Origin: an uncultured Actinomycetes bacterium
Lineage (GTDB): Bacteria > Actinomycetota > UBA4738 > JBBDTT01
Direction of reading: 5' to 3'
DNA length: 64,000 nucleotides
Assembly: GCA_963742735.1 (NCBI GenBank)
Contig: CAVUMN010000004.1
Coordinates: forward strand, 1,440,001 to 1,504,000
The notes below the pieces were generated by a model, which was not told the DNA's origin, did no database searches, and saw only the letters and a program-made list of their open reading frames with translations. Shown one piece after another: positions 51,686-61,254 of this stretch; position 1 is the first letter of the stretch, and the number at the start of each line of letters is the position of its first letter. The position numbers were made by a program, and so were the translations under genes.

Positions 51686-53593
51686 TCAGCCCTCCACGTC
51701 GATCGACAGGGCCGCGGCCCCCTTGCGGGCGAGCAGCCGGTCGAGCGCGGCCTCGGCGTAGTCCACCGCCCCGCCCGGGATCTCGCCGCGCTTCGCGGCC
51801 GACAGGTGTGCGCAGGACAGGACCAGCGCCATGTGGCTGAACGCCTGCGGGAAGTTGCCGAGCGCCTCGCCGGTCTCGGGGTCGACCTCCTCGGCGTAGA
51901 GACCCACGTCGTTGGCGAAGCCCAGCAGCCGGTCGAGGAGGGCCTCGGCCTCCTCGAGCCGTCCGGCGTGGGTCAGGCAGTCCAGGAGCCAGAACGAGCA
52001 GAGCAGGAACGCGCCCTCGCCGCCCGCCAGGCCGTCGTCGGCCAGGTAGCGGTACAGCAGACCGGCCCCGTCCCCGCGCCCCAGGTCGGCCCGGACGCGG
52101 TCGATGGTGGCCGCGACGCGTGGGTCGTCCGACGCCACGATGCCGGTGGCCGGGACCAGCAGCGCGGCCGCGTCGGCCACGGAGCTCCCCGCGGCCTGGG
52201 GGAACCAGCCGTCGACGGCGGCCTCGTCGAGCAGGTGGGCGCGCAGGGCGTCGCGCTCCACGGCCCACCGCCCGACCGCCCCCGACCGGCCGCTCGCCGT
52301 CGCGATCTTGACCGCCCGGTCCAGCGCCACCCAGCAGTTGACCTTCGAGTGCACGAAGTGCCGGGGCTCGTCGCGGATCTCCCAGATCCCCTGGTCGGGA
52401 TCGCGCCATCGCTCGCACACCACGTCGGCCAGCCCGGCCAGGAACCGCCAGTTCTCCGTGGACAGAGAGCCTCCGGCCTTCCCGAACAGGTACGCGGCCT
52501 CCAGGATCTGGCCGTACGCGTCGAGCTGCATCTGCTTGACCGCGGCGTTGCCGATCCGGACCGGCCGCGACGCGCGATGGCCGTCCAGGTGGGACAGCTC
52601 CAACTCGGGCAGGGACCGCTCGCCGCCGATGCCGTACATGATCTGGAGGTCCTCGGGGCGGCCGGCGCCGGTCTGCTCCATGAACCGCTTGAACGCCTCG
52701 GCCTCCTCGGTGAACCCCAGGACGAACAGCGAGCCGAGGGTCAGCGTGGCGTCGCGGATCCAGGTATAGCGGTAGTCCCAGTTCCTGCCGCCGGCGACCT
52801 CCTCGGGGAGCGAGGTGGTGGGCGCGGCAACCACGGCGCCGGTGGGGGCATAGGTGAGGGCCTTCAGGGCCAGAGCCGAGCGCCGGACCTGGGCGGCGTG
52901 CTCGCCCTCGTACCAGCACCCGTCGATCCAGGCCCGCCAGAACCGGACGGTGTCGTCCAGCCGCCGGCGCATGTCGGCCAGGTCCTGCAGGGCATTCGTC
53001 GGCTCGCCGGGCGCCTCGGGCGACGGGCACCACGCGGCCTCGACGAAGACCTCCTCGCCCGCGCGCAGCTCGAACCGCCCGACGATCGCCTCCTCGGTGA
53101 CGTCGATCGGCTGGGAGGCCCGGACCATCAGCGCATCCGCCCCGCCCACCGCCTCGGCGCACCAGTCCGAGAGCAGCCGGAACCGGGGGACGAACCCCCC
53201 GTACTCGGGCCGCGGCGTCAGCGACAGCCGCACCGTCACCTCGCCGTCCGTGCAGGAGATGCGGCGCAGGATCGAGCGGTGCGACCCGACGCGGGTCGGC
53301 CGCTTCGGGTCCAGCGGCGCGACCGGCATGCAGTCGGTCAGGCCAACCGTGCCACGCTCGCACTCGAAGGACGTGACCAGGACGTTCGTCTCGTCCAGGT
53401 AGGCGCGGCGAACGTTGCGGACGCCGTCGGGGGTCAGGGCGAACGCCCCGCCCCGCTCGGCGTCAAGGATCTTGCAGAAGATGGCGGGGGAGTCGAACCG
53501 CGGGAAGCACGCCCAGTCCACGGACCCGTCGCGTCCGACCAGGGCCGCCGAGTGACAGTCGCCGAGGAGCGCGTAGTCGGCGATGCGGTTCAT
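51686..53593 (-). CDS. Glycoside hydrolase family 15 (glucoamylase/trehalase-like)
   Basis: IADYALLGD, APTTSLPE, RNWDYRYTWIRDA, GIWEIR, GNFPQAFSH; leaderless -10 TATCCT. Confidence 0.92.
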   Translation of the reverse strand: MNRIADYALLGDCHSAALVGRDGSVDWACFPRFDSPAIFCKILDAERGGAFALTPDGVRNVRRAYLDETNVLVTSFECERGTVGLTDCMPVAPLDPKRPTRVGSHRSILRRISCTDGEVTVRLSLTPRPEYGGFVPRFRLLSDWCAEAVGGADALMVRASQPIDVTEEAIVGRFELRAGEEVFVEAAWCPSPEAPGEPTNALQDLADMRRRLDDTVRFWRAWIDGCWYEGEHAAQVRRSALALKALTYAPTGAVVAAPTTSLPEEVAGGRNWDYRYTWIRDATLTLGSLFVLGFTEEAEAFKRFMEQTGAGRPEDLQIMYGIGGERSLPELELSHLDGHRASRPVRIGNAAVKQMQLDAYGQILEAAYLFGKAGGSLSTENWRFLAGLADVVCERWRDPDQGIWEIRDEPRHFVHSKVNCWVALDRAVKIATASGRSGAVGRWAVERDALRAHLLDEAAVDGWFPQAAGSSVADAAALLVPATGIVASDDPRVAATIDRVRADLGRGDGAGLLYRYLADDGLAGGEGAFLLCSFWLLDCLTHAGRLEEAEALLDRLLGFANDVGLYAEEVDPETGEALGNFPQAFSHMALVLSCAHLSAAKRGEIPGGAVDYAEAALDRLLARKGAAALSIDVEG

Positions 53594-53634
53594 CCGGGCA
53601 GGATAGGACAGCACGGTCGTCGAACCATTCGAGT

Positions 53635-55515
53635 ATGCCCAAAGCGTCGCGTTCGTTTCGTGCTGCCGCCGGACTGGTGCTGGCCCTGTTGCTGGCAGCC
53701 GGTCCGGCATCGGCCGCTCCAGGGCCCGCCGGGGGGTCTCGTTCCTCCGCGCCCCTGAGGAACGGGGTCACCCGCCTGCTCGCGACGGGCGCCGGTCTCG
53801 CCGAGACCGTGCGCGGGATCGCGACGTTCGGCCGCGTGCCCGCGGCGGCCGACGTCCGCCCCCTGCGCGCCCTCGGCCTGGCCGTCCAGCCGATGAAGCA
53901 CCTGCCCCTGGCCATCGTCACCGGGAGGGTGGACGCGATGCTCCGGGCGGTTCGCGACGGGCTCGCCGACGACGTCTACCCCGAGGACCCCATCGAGCTG
54001 CACGACCAGGCCTCGGCCGACGCGATCATGGCCGCGAGTGTCCGGGCCCGGGGACTGACCGGCAAGGGCGTGACGGTCGGCATCGTCGACAGCGGCTGCG
54101 ACGCGAGCCACCCCGACCTGGCCGATCACGTGATCCACAACGTGAAGCTCTACAGCGCCGAGTACGTGAACCTGCGGCCGGACTCGAGCAACACCATCGC
54201 CATCGAGGTCGACCAGCTGCCGGCCTACTCGAACAGCGACCTGGGCTCGGGCCACGGGACCCACGTCGCAGGCATCGTCGCCGCGGACGGGACCACCGAT
54301 CCGGCCCACATCGGGGTGGCCCCCGACGCCGAGCTCGTGTGCCTGTCCATCGGCGAGGTCATCGCCACGACCGCGGTGGTGACCGCCTACGACTACCTGC
54401 TCGACCAGCCCGACCTGTGGGGCGTCGACGTCATCAACAACTCCTGGGGGAACTCCTACCGACAGTTCGACCCGCGCGATCCTGTGAACACCGCCACGAA
54501 GGCCGTGGCCGACCTGGGCGTGTTCGTCGTGTTCTCCGCGGGCAACTCGGGCTACGAGAACGGCGAGATGAGCGTCAACCCGTTCTCGATCGCGCCCTGG
54601 GTCAGCTCGACCGCGAACATGAGCGTCGAGTTCCACCGGGCCGACTCGTCCTCGAACGGCCTGACGCACGACAACTCGAGGCCGGTGGCGATCGGCGCCG
54701 GCGGCCACACCACGTTCCTCGGGCACCGGGTCGGGATCTATCACCCCGACCTCACCGCGCCGGGATCGAGCATCTCCTCCTCGTGCGACACGGCAGGGAC
54801 CGCGGTCGGGCCCTGCCCGCCGGGTGAGAACACGAGCGCGTCGGGGACCAGCATGGCCTCGCCCCACGTCGCCGGCGCGGCCACCGTCCTGCTGCAGGCG
54901 AACCCTCGCCTCACGCCCGAGCAGACCCGCCAGGCCATGAACGCCACCGCCCGGCCGGTGATGAACTTCAACGTCGACGAGATCGCGCCGTTCTGGCAGG
55001 CCGGGTACGGCCGGGTCGACCTGGCCCGAGCCGTGGCCCTGGTGAAGCGCAGGGACTGGGCGAAGGCGATCGCCAAGGGGCAGCGGTCGGCCGACGCGCG
55101 GGTCCTCCGGGCCGGACAGGTCGTGCGCCGAGCGGACTTCTGGACCTTCGACGCGCCCCCGGTCGCGCTGATGAGAAGCGACGAGCGGACGTTCGCGGTC
55201 GAGGTTCCGAAGGGAACGACCCACCTGAAGGTCAGCATCGGCCACCCCTCGCTGCAGACGCTGGGTGCGAACCTGATGGAGTGGCCGGTCGAGGTCCGCG
55301 ACGCGTCCGGCCGGGTGCTCGGGACCACCCAGGAGTTCCTGTTCGCGGGCTCGGGGGTCGCCATGTTCGACCTGCGGGCGCTGAAGCCCGCCTTCGGCGA
55401 GTTCACGTTCGTCACGAGCGGCATGCTCGCGGTCTCGGACCCCGACACGATCGACAGCGAATCGATCCTGGGCCGCATGGTCATCCTGCACGTCGCCCAG
55501 ATCGCCGCGAAGTAG
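53635..55515 (+). CDS. Secreted S8 subtilisin-like peptidase
   Basis: Signal peptide; IVDSG, HGTHVAG, GTSMASPHVAG catalytic triad. Confidence 0.92.
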   Translation: MPKASRSFRAAAGLVLALLLAAGPASAAPGPAGGSRSSAPLRNGVTRLLATGAGLAETVRGIATFGRVPAAADVRPLRALGLAVQPMKHLPLAIVTGRVDAMLRAVRDGLADDVYPEDPIELHDQASADAIMAASVRARGLTGKGVTVGIVDSGCDASHPDLADHVIHNVKLYSAEYVNLRPDSSNTIAIEVDQLPAYSNSDLGSGHGTHVAGIVAADGTTDPAHIGVAPDAELVCLSIGEVIATTAVVTAYDYLLDQPDLWGVDVINNSWGNSYRQFDPRDPVNTATKAVADLGVFVVFSAGNSGYENGEMSVNPFSIAPWVSSTANMSVEFHRADSSSNGLTHDNSRPVAIGAGGHTTFLGHRVGIYHPDLTAPGSSISSSCDTAGTAVGPCPPGENTSASGTSMASPHVAGAATVLLQANPRLTPEQTRQAMNATARPVMNFNVDEIAPFWQAGYGRVDLARAVALVKRRDWAKAIAKGQRSADARVLRAGQVVRRADFWTFDAPPVALMRSDERTFAVEVPKGTTHLKVSIGHPSLQTLGANLMEWPVEVRDASGRVLGTTQEFLFAGSGVAMFDLRALKPAFGEFTFVTSGMLAVSDPDTIDSESILGRMVILHVAQIAAK

Positions 55516-55550
55516 CCCCGCCCTACGGTCGTATACTCGAGGGGCAACAC

Positions 55551-55898
55551 GGGGGTGATCTGGCATCGATTCGGTCGTTCACTTCCCGGGAGAAGCGAGC
55601 CGACGTCGCCGCATGCGTCGTAAAACAGGTGGCAAAACTAGAAGCGCCGATAACTACGCGCTCGCTGCCTAACTAACGGCAGCCGTTCGCCGGGGTCGCG
55701 CCTGCCGCTCCGGATCGAACGTCGCTAGCAGGCTCACCGGGCCGGTTGCGTCTCACGGCCGGACCGGGACATCGAAGTGAGACTGGACCGGTGGTCGGCC
55801 GCCTGCGGCGCTCCACCGGTCGAGATTAAGCGCAGGCTACGCTCGTAGAAGCCTCGGGGAGTCGCCCGAAGACAGGGGTTCGAATCCCCTCACCTCCA
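55551..55898 (+). ncRNA. ssrA: tmRNA
   Basis: 5' GGGGGTGA..GG..TCGA; 3' T-arm GGGGTTCGAATCCCC then CACCTCCA; tag ORF ADNYALAA* at 55646-55672; -10 TATACT at 55532. Confidence 0.93.
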
Positions 55899-55942
55899 CT
55901 GCTCCGGTACGATCCGACGTTCGAACCCGCGGGGGACCCCCC

Positions 55943-56365
55943 ATGAAACTCGAGGTCTCGCAGGTGATCGACCGGCCGCTGGCCGAGGTCTTCCGCTGGT
56001 ATGCCGTCGAGCACGTTCGGAACCATCCGCGATGGGACCCGGACATGGAGCTCGAACAGGTGTCCGACGGTCCGATCGGCGTGGGAACCGTCATCCGCAG
56101 GCGCAACACCCACAGCGGAACTCCCGTCGACGGGACGATGGAGGTCGTGGAGTTCGAGCCCGAGCGGGCGTTCGGGGTCGTCATTCACGATGGACCGGCC
56201 GAGACGCGCGGGCGGGTGACCTTCGCCGCCGAGGGCCAGGACGGCACGAAGATCACGATCAGCGCCGAGATGCTTGGGCTCGCCGAGTCGATGCGGGACC
56301 TGTTGACGAGCCTGATGGAACGAAGCGCCCGAAACATCAAGGAGCTCATCGAGTCCGAGGCGTAA
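55943..56365 (+). CDS. SRPBCC/START-like family protein
   Basis: IDRPLAEVF..NHPRWDP..GPIGVGT..EFEPER. Confidence 0.8.
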   Translation: MKLEVSQVIDRPLAEVFRWYAVEHVRNHPRWDPDMELEQVSDGPIGVGTVIRRRNTHSGTPVDGTMEVVEFEPERAFGVVIHDGPAETRGRVTFAAEGQDGTKITISAEMLGLAESMRDLLTSLMERSARNIKELIESEA

Positions 56366-56408
56366 CGCTCCCGCCGATTACCTGACATCCAAGGACAAGG
56401 ACACGACC

Positions 56409-57014
56409 ATGCGAGAGCTTCTCGTCGACTTCATCACCTCCCTCGACGGCTACGCGTCGGCTGACGGCTGGCCCGGCTTCTGGGGTCTCCAGGGGCCCGA
56501 GTACCTCGCCTGGCTCGAAGAGCAACCCGATGTCACCTACCTGATGGGAGCCAACACCTACCGACTGATGTCGGGCTTCGCGGCCGGGGAGACCCCGGCG
56601 GGAATCGACGAGTTCAACGCCGACGAGGAGGCCTCCGTCGACGACCTGACGCAAGCGTCGAAGGTGGTGTTCTCCACCTCTCTCGAGGAGCCGCTCACGT
56701 GGGCCAACACCACGCTCGTGCGCGACGAGGCGGTCGAGGTCGTCCGGGCGATGAAGGAGGACGGCTCCGGCATCCTGAGCACGCTCGGCAGCATCAGCCT
56801 GTGCCGATCGCTGCTGCGAGCCGGACTCGTCGATCGCTTCCGAGTCGTCATGTTCCCGGTGATCACCGGCGCCACGGGATCAGAACGCATCTACGACGGC
56901 TACCCGGACGTCGCCCTCGAGATGATCGACAACCGCACCTTCGACGGCCGCATCCAGCTCGTCGAGTACCGGCCCAGCGTGCTCGAGCACCCACCGCTCC
57001 AACCCAACGCATGA
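56409..57014 (+). CDS. Dihydrofolate reductase-like (RibD C-terminal) protein
   Basis: SLDGY, LMGANTY, KVVFS, GLVDRFRVVMFPVITG. Confidence 0.88.
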   Translation: MRELLVDFITSLDGYASADGWPGFWGLQGPEYLAWLEEQPDVTYLMGANTYRLMSGFAAGETPAGIDEFNADEEASVDDLTQASKVVFSTSLEEPLTWANTTLVRDEAVEVVRAMKEDGSGILSTLGSISLCRSLLRAGLVDRFRVVMFPVITGATGSERIYDGYPDVALEMIDNRTFDGRIQLVEYRPSVLEHPPLQPNA

Positions 57015-57098
57015 TTCGAGAAGCCAGCCGGGGGTCGGCAGGGCCGTGCGCTCTGACACCAGCCGGAATCCGCGAGGCCACGTATTAGGCTCCCTTCC

Positions 57099-57623
57099 GT
57101 GAGCGGCGAGCTCGTCGATCCGCTTCGGCACAACTCCTGGGCCACGGCTCGGCTGTTGGAGCTGTGCAAGGGGCTGACGCCGGAGCAGCTGCGGTCGTCG
57201 TCGCCGGGGAACTACGGGACCATCCTCGAGACCCTCCAGCACATCATCGGAGCCGAGGGGAACTACCGGGCTCGCTTGACGGGAACCCCGACGGCCTGGT
57301 CGCGGCCACCCAGGGAGGTCGAGGACATCGACGAGCTCGCGCGGCTGAACGAGGATCTGGCGAGGTTCTGGGAAGAGCTCGCGTCCAGGCCATTCGACCC
57401 CGAGCGGACAATCCGGTTCGCGTACTCCGACCCGGATCCCGAGGACGTGGGCAAGGAGTTCGACGTCAAGGCCGGCATCATGGTCGCCCAGACCATCAAC
57501 CATGGGAACGAGCACCGCGCCCAGATCTTCACGATCCTCACCACGCTCGGCGTCGAGGCCCCCGAGCTGAGCGGCTGGACCTACGCCGAAGCGACGGGCC
57601 GCTTCGGCGAAGCCACCACATAG
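57099..57623 (+). CDS. DinB family protein
   Basis: HNSWAT..LL, TLQHII, HGNEHRAQI His triad. Confidence 0.85.
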   Translation: MSGELVDPLRHNSWATARLLELCKGLTPEQLRSSSPGNYGTILETLQHIIGAEGNYRARLTGTPTAWSRPPREVEDIDELARLNEDLARFWEELASRPFDPERTIRFAYSDPDPEDVGKEFDVKAGIMVAQTINHGNEHRAQIFTILTTLGVEAPELSGWTYAEATGRFGEATT

Positions 57624-57646
57624 CGCCCACGCAAAGGGGGGACGGC

Positions 57647-58012
57647 ATGCAGTTCAACGGCATCATGATCGGCTCCGAGAACCCAGAACGACTCGCGGAG
57701 TACTACACGAAGCTCTTCGGCAAGCCGGTGTGGGAGGAGGGCGGATTCAACACCTGGCAGATCGGCAGCGGCGCGATCACCGTCATTCCGCACGACCAGG
57801 TGAAGGGGAAGAACGTCCACCCCGGCCGCATCATCCTGAACATCGAGACCGACGACGTTCCGGGTGAGTTCGAGCGGCTCAAGGCCGCCGGAGCGACGGT
57901 CGTCCAGGAGCCCTATCACCCGATGGAGGCGACCGACATGTGGGTGACGACGTTCTCCGATCCCGACGACAACTACTTCCAGCTGGTCAGCCCGATGGAG
58001 GTTCCCGGCTAG
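57647..58012 (+). CDS. VOC/glyoxalase family protein
   Basis: LAEYYTKLFG, ERLKAAGA, FSDPDDNYFQL. Confidence 0.85.
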   Translation: MQFNGIMIGSENPERLAEYYTKLFGKPVWEEGGFNTWQIGSGAITVIPHDQVKGKNVHPGRIILNIETDDVPGEFERLKAAGATVVQEPYHPMEATDMWVTTFSDPDDNYFQLVSPMEVPG

Positions 58013-59195
58013 GGCGGGAGATCGCCACCGTGGTCATCGCGGCCAGGGCCATCACCACGAGCCCGTAGCCGTACGTCGTCGGCTTCAGGCCGAACTCGGT
58101 CGTGGCGACGCCCGCGATGATCGCGGGCAGGCTGAAGGACAGGTACGTCGCGATGTAGATCGAGGCGAACAGGGCGTTTCGCTGCTCCGGCGGTGCGAGG
58201 GGCGCCAGGCTCCGGACCACTCCCGAGAACGCCGGCCCGAGGCCGAGGCCGGCCACCCCGCTGCCGAGGTACAGGCCGGCCGTCGAGTCGAACGCCACCG
58301 CGAGCAGGGTCACCCCGACGCCCCCCGCGATGACGACGGAGCCGCGCAGCAGGAGGAGCCGGGGTTCGATCCCGCGCACGGCCGTCGAGGCCACCGCGCC
58401 CGCCCCGGCCAGCACCACGATCACCAACCCGCCGGCGACGCGGTTCTCCGTCGGGATGAGGCTGGCCGCCAGCGAGGGGCCCAGCGACAGGTAGAGCCCG
58501 GCGAGGGCCCACATCGCGATCAGCGACGGCACCGAGGCGACGAAGACCGGTCGAGCCGCCGACGGCACCCCAACCCGTGGCCGGAGCGATCGCAGCCAGC
58601 CCGGCGTGCGCCGGACGACGTCGGGGATGACGAACGTCGCGGCGAGCATGATCGCGTAGGCGGCGGCGAGCACCCAGAACACGAGCCGGATCGGGTTCGG
58701 GCCGTACTCCACCAGCACGCTGGAGACGAGCGCGCCACCGGCCAGCCCAACGAGTGGGGCGATCCCGCCGACAAGGCCGGCGAAGCGCGGGTTCTCGGGC
58801 GGCTGGAGATCGAGCAACCACGCGCTGAGGGCCGCGGTGGCGACGCCGGTCCCCAGGCCCGTCAGGACCCGCCCGGCGTAGAGCATGCCCACGCCGTCCG
58901 CGAGGAGGAACGCGCCCATGCTGGCGATCTGCACCACGAGGGCGCCCATGACCACCGGCCGGCGCCCGAGGTGATCGGAGAGGCGCCCGGTGATGAGCAG
59001 CCCCACCAGCGCGCCGCCTGCGTACACCGCGTAGATCGCCGTGACCGTGAGCGGCGAGAAGTTCCACAGCGCGCCGTAGACCCGGTAGAGCGGAGACGGC
59101 GCGCTCGCGGCGAACAGGAACAGCGAAAGCAGCGACGCGAGGAGCCAGAACCCGGCGGCGCGGGCAAGCTCCGTCCTGGTGCCGGTCTCCGACAC
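57987..59195 (-). CDS. MFS transporter
   Basis: APSPLY, GRLSDHLGRRPV motif A, about 12 TM segments. Confidence 0.88.
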   Translation of the reverse strand: MSETGTRTELARAAGFWLLASLLSLFLFAASAPSPLYRVYGALWNFSPLTVTAIYAVYAGGALVGLLITGRLSDHLGRRPVVMGALVVQIASMGAFLLADGVGMLYAGRVLTGLGTGVATAALSAWLLDLQPPENPRFAGLVGGIAPLVGLAGGALVSSVLVEYGPNPIRLVFWVLAAAYAIMLAATFVIPDVVRRTPGWLRSLRPRVGVPSAARPVFVASVPSLIAMWALAGLYLSLGPSLAASLIPTENRVAGGLVIVVLAGAGAVASTAVRGIEPRLLLLRGSVVIAGGVGVTLLAVAFDSTAGLYLGSGVAGLGLGPAFSGVVRSLAPLAPPEQRNALFASIYIATYLSFSLPAIIAGVATTEFGLKPTTYGYGLVVMALAAMTTVAISRPSREPPSG

Positions 59196-59198
59196 GCC

Positions 59199-59987
59199 CT
59201 ATCCCTGAGCGGGGGCGCGGCGGACGGGCATCATCGTGGGGGTGGGGTCGTTCTGGAGGAAGTCCAGGACGAGCCGGGCAACGACGTCGGGTTTCTCCAT
59301 CGGGAGCCCGTGCGAGGATCCGGGGACGACGGCCAGCTGCGCGTTGGGGACCGAGTGGTACAGCTCGATCGTGTGCTCCAGTCGGATGACGTCGTCGTCC
59401 GACGAGATCACCAGGGTGGGTGCGTCGACCTTCGACAGGTCCCCCGGGTCGATGTTCGGACCCGCCAGGATCATCTCCTTGATCTTCTGGAAGGCCACCG
59501 GCCAGTGCTCGGCTCCGTCGGGGGAAAGGGCCTCGTAGTCGGACCGGGGAAAGTCCCACTCGGGGCTGTCGGGCCGCGCGTTCCGCAGTGCTTCTTCGCT
59601 CTCGGGAACGGGGGCGTGCTCGTTGAAGTTGGCCGAGAGCGTCACCACCTTCGTGACCAGGTCCGGACGCTGCATGGCGATGAGGAGCGCGACGTTCCCT
59701 CCGTCGCTCCAGCCGACCAGGGGGGCAGGCCCGCCGACCTGCTGGTCGAGGAACGCGATCGTGTCGTCGGCCATCAGCTGGTAGGTGATCGGGCCCTCGA
59801 CGTCGGGCGTGTGGCCGTGGGCGCGGCGTTCGGGTGCCACGACGCCGTAGTCCTCGGCGAGCAACGGCGCGAGCATGCCCCACGCCGAGTTCGAGGTGAG
59901 GCCGCCGTGCAACAGCACCAGCGGCGGACCTGACCCCCAGGTGTCGAACCAGGTCTTCAGACCCTTCACGTCCGCGTACTCGCCCAT
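59199..59987 (-). CDS. Alpha/beta hydrolase
   Basis: LLHGG, GWSDGG, VPGSSH. Confidence 0.9.
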   Translation of the reverse strand: MGEYADVKGLKTWFDTWGSGPPLVLLHGGLTSNSAWGMLAPLLAEDYGVVAPERRAHGHTPDVEGPITYQLMADDTIAFLDQQVGGPAPLVGWSDGGNVALLIAMQRPDLVTKVVTLSANFNEHAPVPESEEALRNARPDSPEWDFPRSDYEALSPDGAEHWPVAFQKIKEMILAGPNIDPGDLSKVDAPTLVISSDDDVIRLEHTIELYHSVPNAQLAVVPGSSHGLPMEKPDVVARLVLDFLQNDPTPTMMPVRRAPAQG

Positions 59988-60085
59988 CGCCCCTCCCTCG
60001 GTCTGAGGGGCAGCTTAGGGCCGAAGGGCGCGGCGGGGGTGTCCGCCGCTCGGTCACCGGTCTATCTTCTGGCCGGAGGCGCGAC

Positions 60086-61093
60086 GTGACCGAGCACCGG
60101 AGGACGAAACGGCGGATCGTCCTGTGCCTCCTGCTGATGGCCGGGGCCGGCGAGGCGAAGGCCCTCGCGCACGAGTCCGAGGCGGGCGTGTCCCTCCGGT
60201 TCTCCGCGGTGGTACCCGCGGTCGAGGGGCTCGAGGTCGAGGCCCGCGACGGCATCGCGCCCACGCTGACGGTCACCAACGCCACCGGGGAACGTTTCGA
60301 GGTCATCGGCAGGGACGGGGTTGCGTTCCTGCGGATCGGTCCCGAGGTCGTCCAGGCCAACCTGGCGTCCCCGGACTGGTGGGCCTCGGAACGGCCGGAG
60401 GCCGGGGCGCCGCCGCCCGCCACCGCGAGGCCCGGCGCCGAACCCAGATGGGCCCGGATCGCCGAGGCGGCGGAGTGGGCCTGGTTCGAGCACCGGCTCG
60501 ACGGCCCCGCGGCGGTCGCCGGCGCGGACTGGTCGATCCCTGCCCGCCTGGGGGCGCGCTCGATCCGGCTCACCGGCACGTGGGTGGCGGCGCAGGTGTA
60601 CGGCGTCTTCCGGAGCACGCTGACGGGAGTGGAACCCGCGACCGACGGGCTGGAGGTCACCATCCTGCCGGGGTCGGTGCCGGGACTGTTCGTCGAGAAC
60701 GCGACGGGCCTGGCGCTCGAGATCGACGATTCGGAGGGAAGGCCATTCCTGCGGATCGGGCCGGAGGAGGCCTTCCTGGCCGACCCGAACGGCGCCTATC
60801 AACGCGTGGGCGGAACGCCACGGTGGGGGTGGGTGGAGCCCCGCGCCGGGTGGGACGGCGGCGATCCTCCGGCCGCGCTCCGGGACGCGACCGAGCCCGT
60901 AGATGTCGGCGCCTGGTCCGTTCCGGGACGCCTGGGCGGCCGCGAGATCGAGATCCGAGGACGCCTGGAGTGGGTGCCCGTCCGGTCCCACCACGAGGCC
61001 TCGGCTTCCGCGAACCGTCGGTGGCCGGTCTTCCTGGGGATCGCCGCGGCGGCGGTGCTGATCGCGCTCGTGGTCCGGCGTCGCCGTGGCTGA
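60086..61093 (+). CDS. Exported protein with internal duplication and C-terminal TM anchor
   Basis: Signal ending ALA-H; two copies of PA..GLEV..NATG..FLRIGPE..W.W.E; TM + RRRR. Confidence 0.7.
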   Translation: MTEHRRTKRRIVLCLLLMAGAGEAKALAHESEAGVSLRFSAVVPAVEGLEVEARDGIAPTLTVTNATGERFEVIGRDGVAFLRIGPEVVQANLASPDWWASERPEAGAPPPATARPGAEPRWARIAEAAEWAWFEHRLDGPAAVAGADWSIPARLGARSIRLTGTWVAAQVYGVFRSTLTGVEPATDGLEVTILPGSVPGLFVENATGLALEIDDSEGRPFLRIGPEEAFLADPNGAYQRVGGTPRWGWVEPRAGWDGGDPPAALRDATEPVDVGAWSVPGRLGGREIEIRGRLEWVPVRSHHEASASANRRWPVFLGIAAAAVLIALVVRRRRG

Positions 61094-61254
61094 GAGTGTC
61101 GCGTTCGCCCCGACTTGACCCCCGCCGGATAGGGCGATCGCCCGACTTGCCTGCACTGCTCTTCGAGACTACGTTTGGGGTGTCGCCAAGAGGAAACGTC
61201 CCCGGTGTAGGTACTTCCCTCGTTCCATGCCCCCGTTCGGAAAGGGAGGGGACC

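Noticed and set aside
55899-58012. Integrative island at the tmRNA 3' end
   Set aside because: No integrase and no duplicated tmRNA 3' end in the window; GTTCGAACCC at ~55919 lacks a T-stem
60124-61254. Long N-terminal extension of the copper oxidase (1090-aa ORF)
   Set aside because: Overlaps the 60086-61093 gene out of frame; the SD and signal peptide point to GTG 61255
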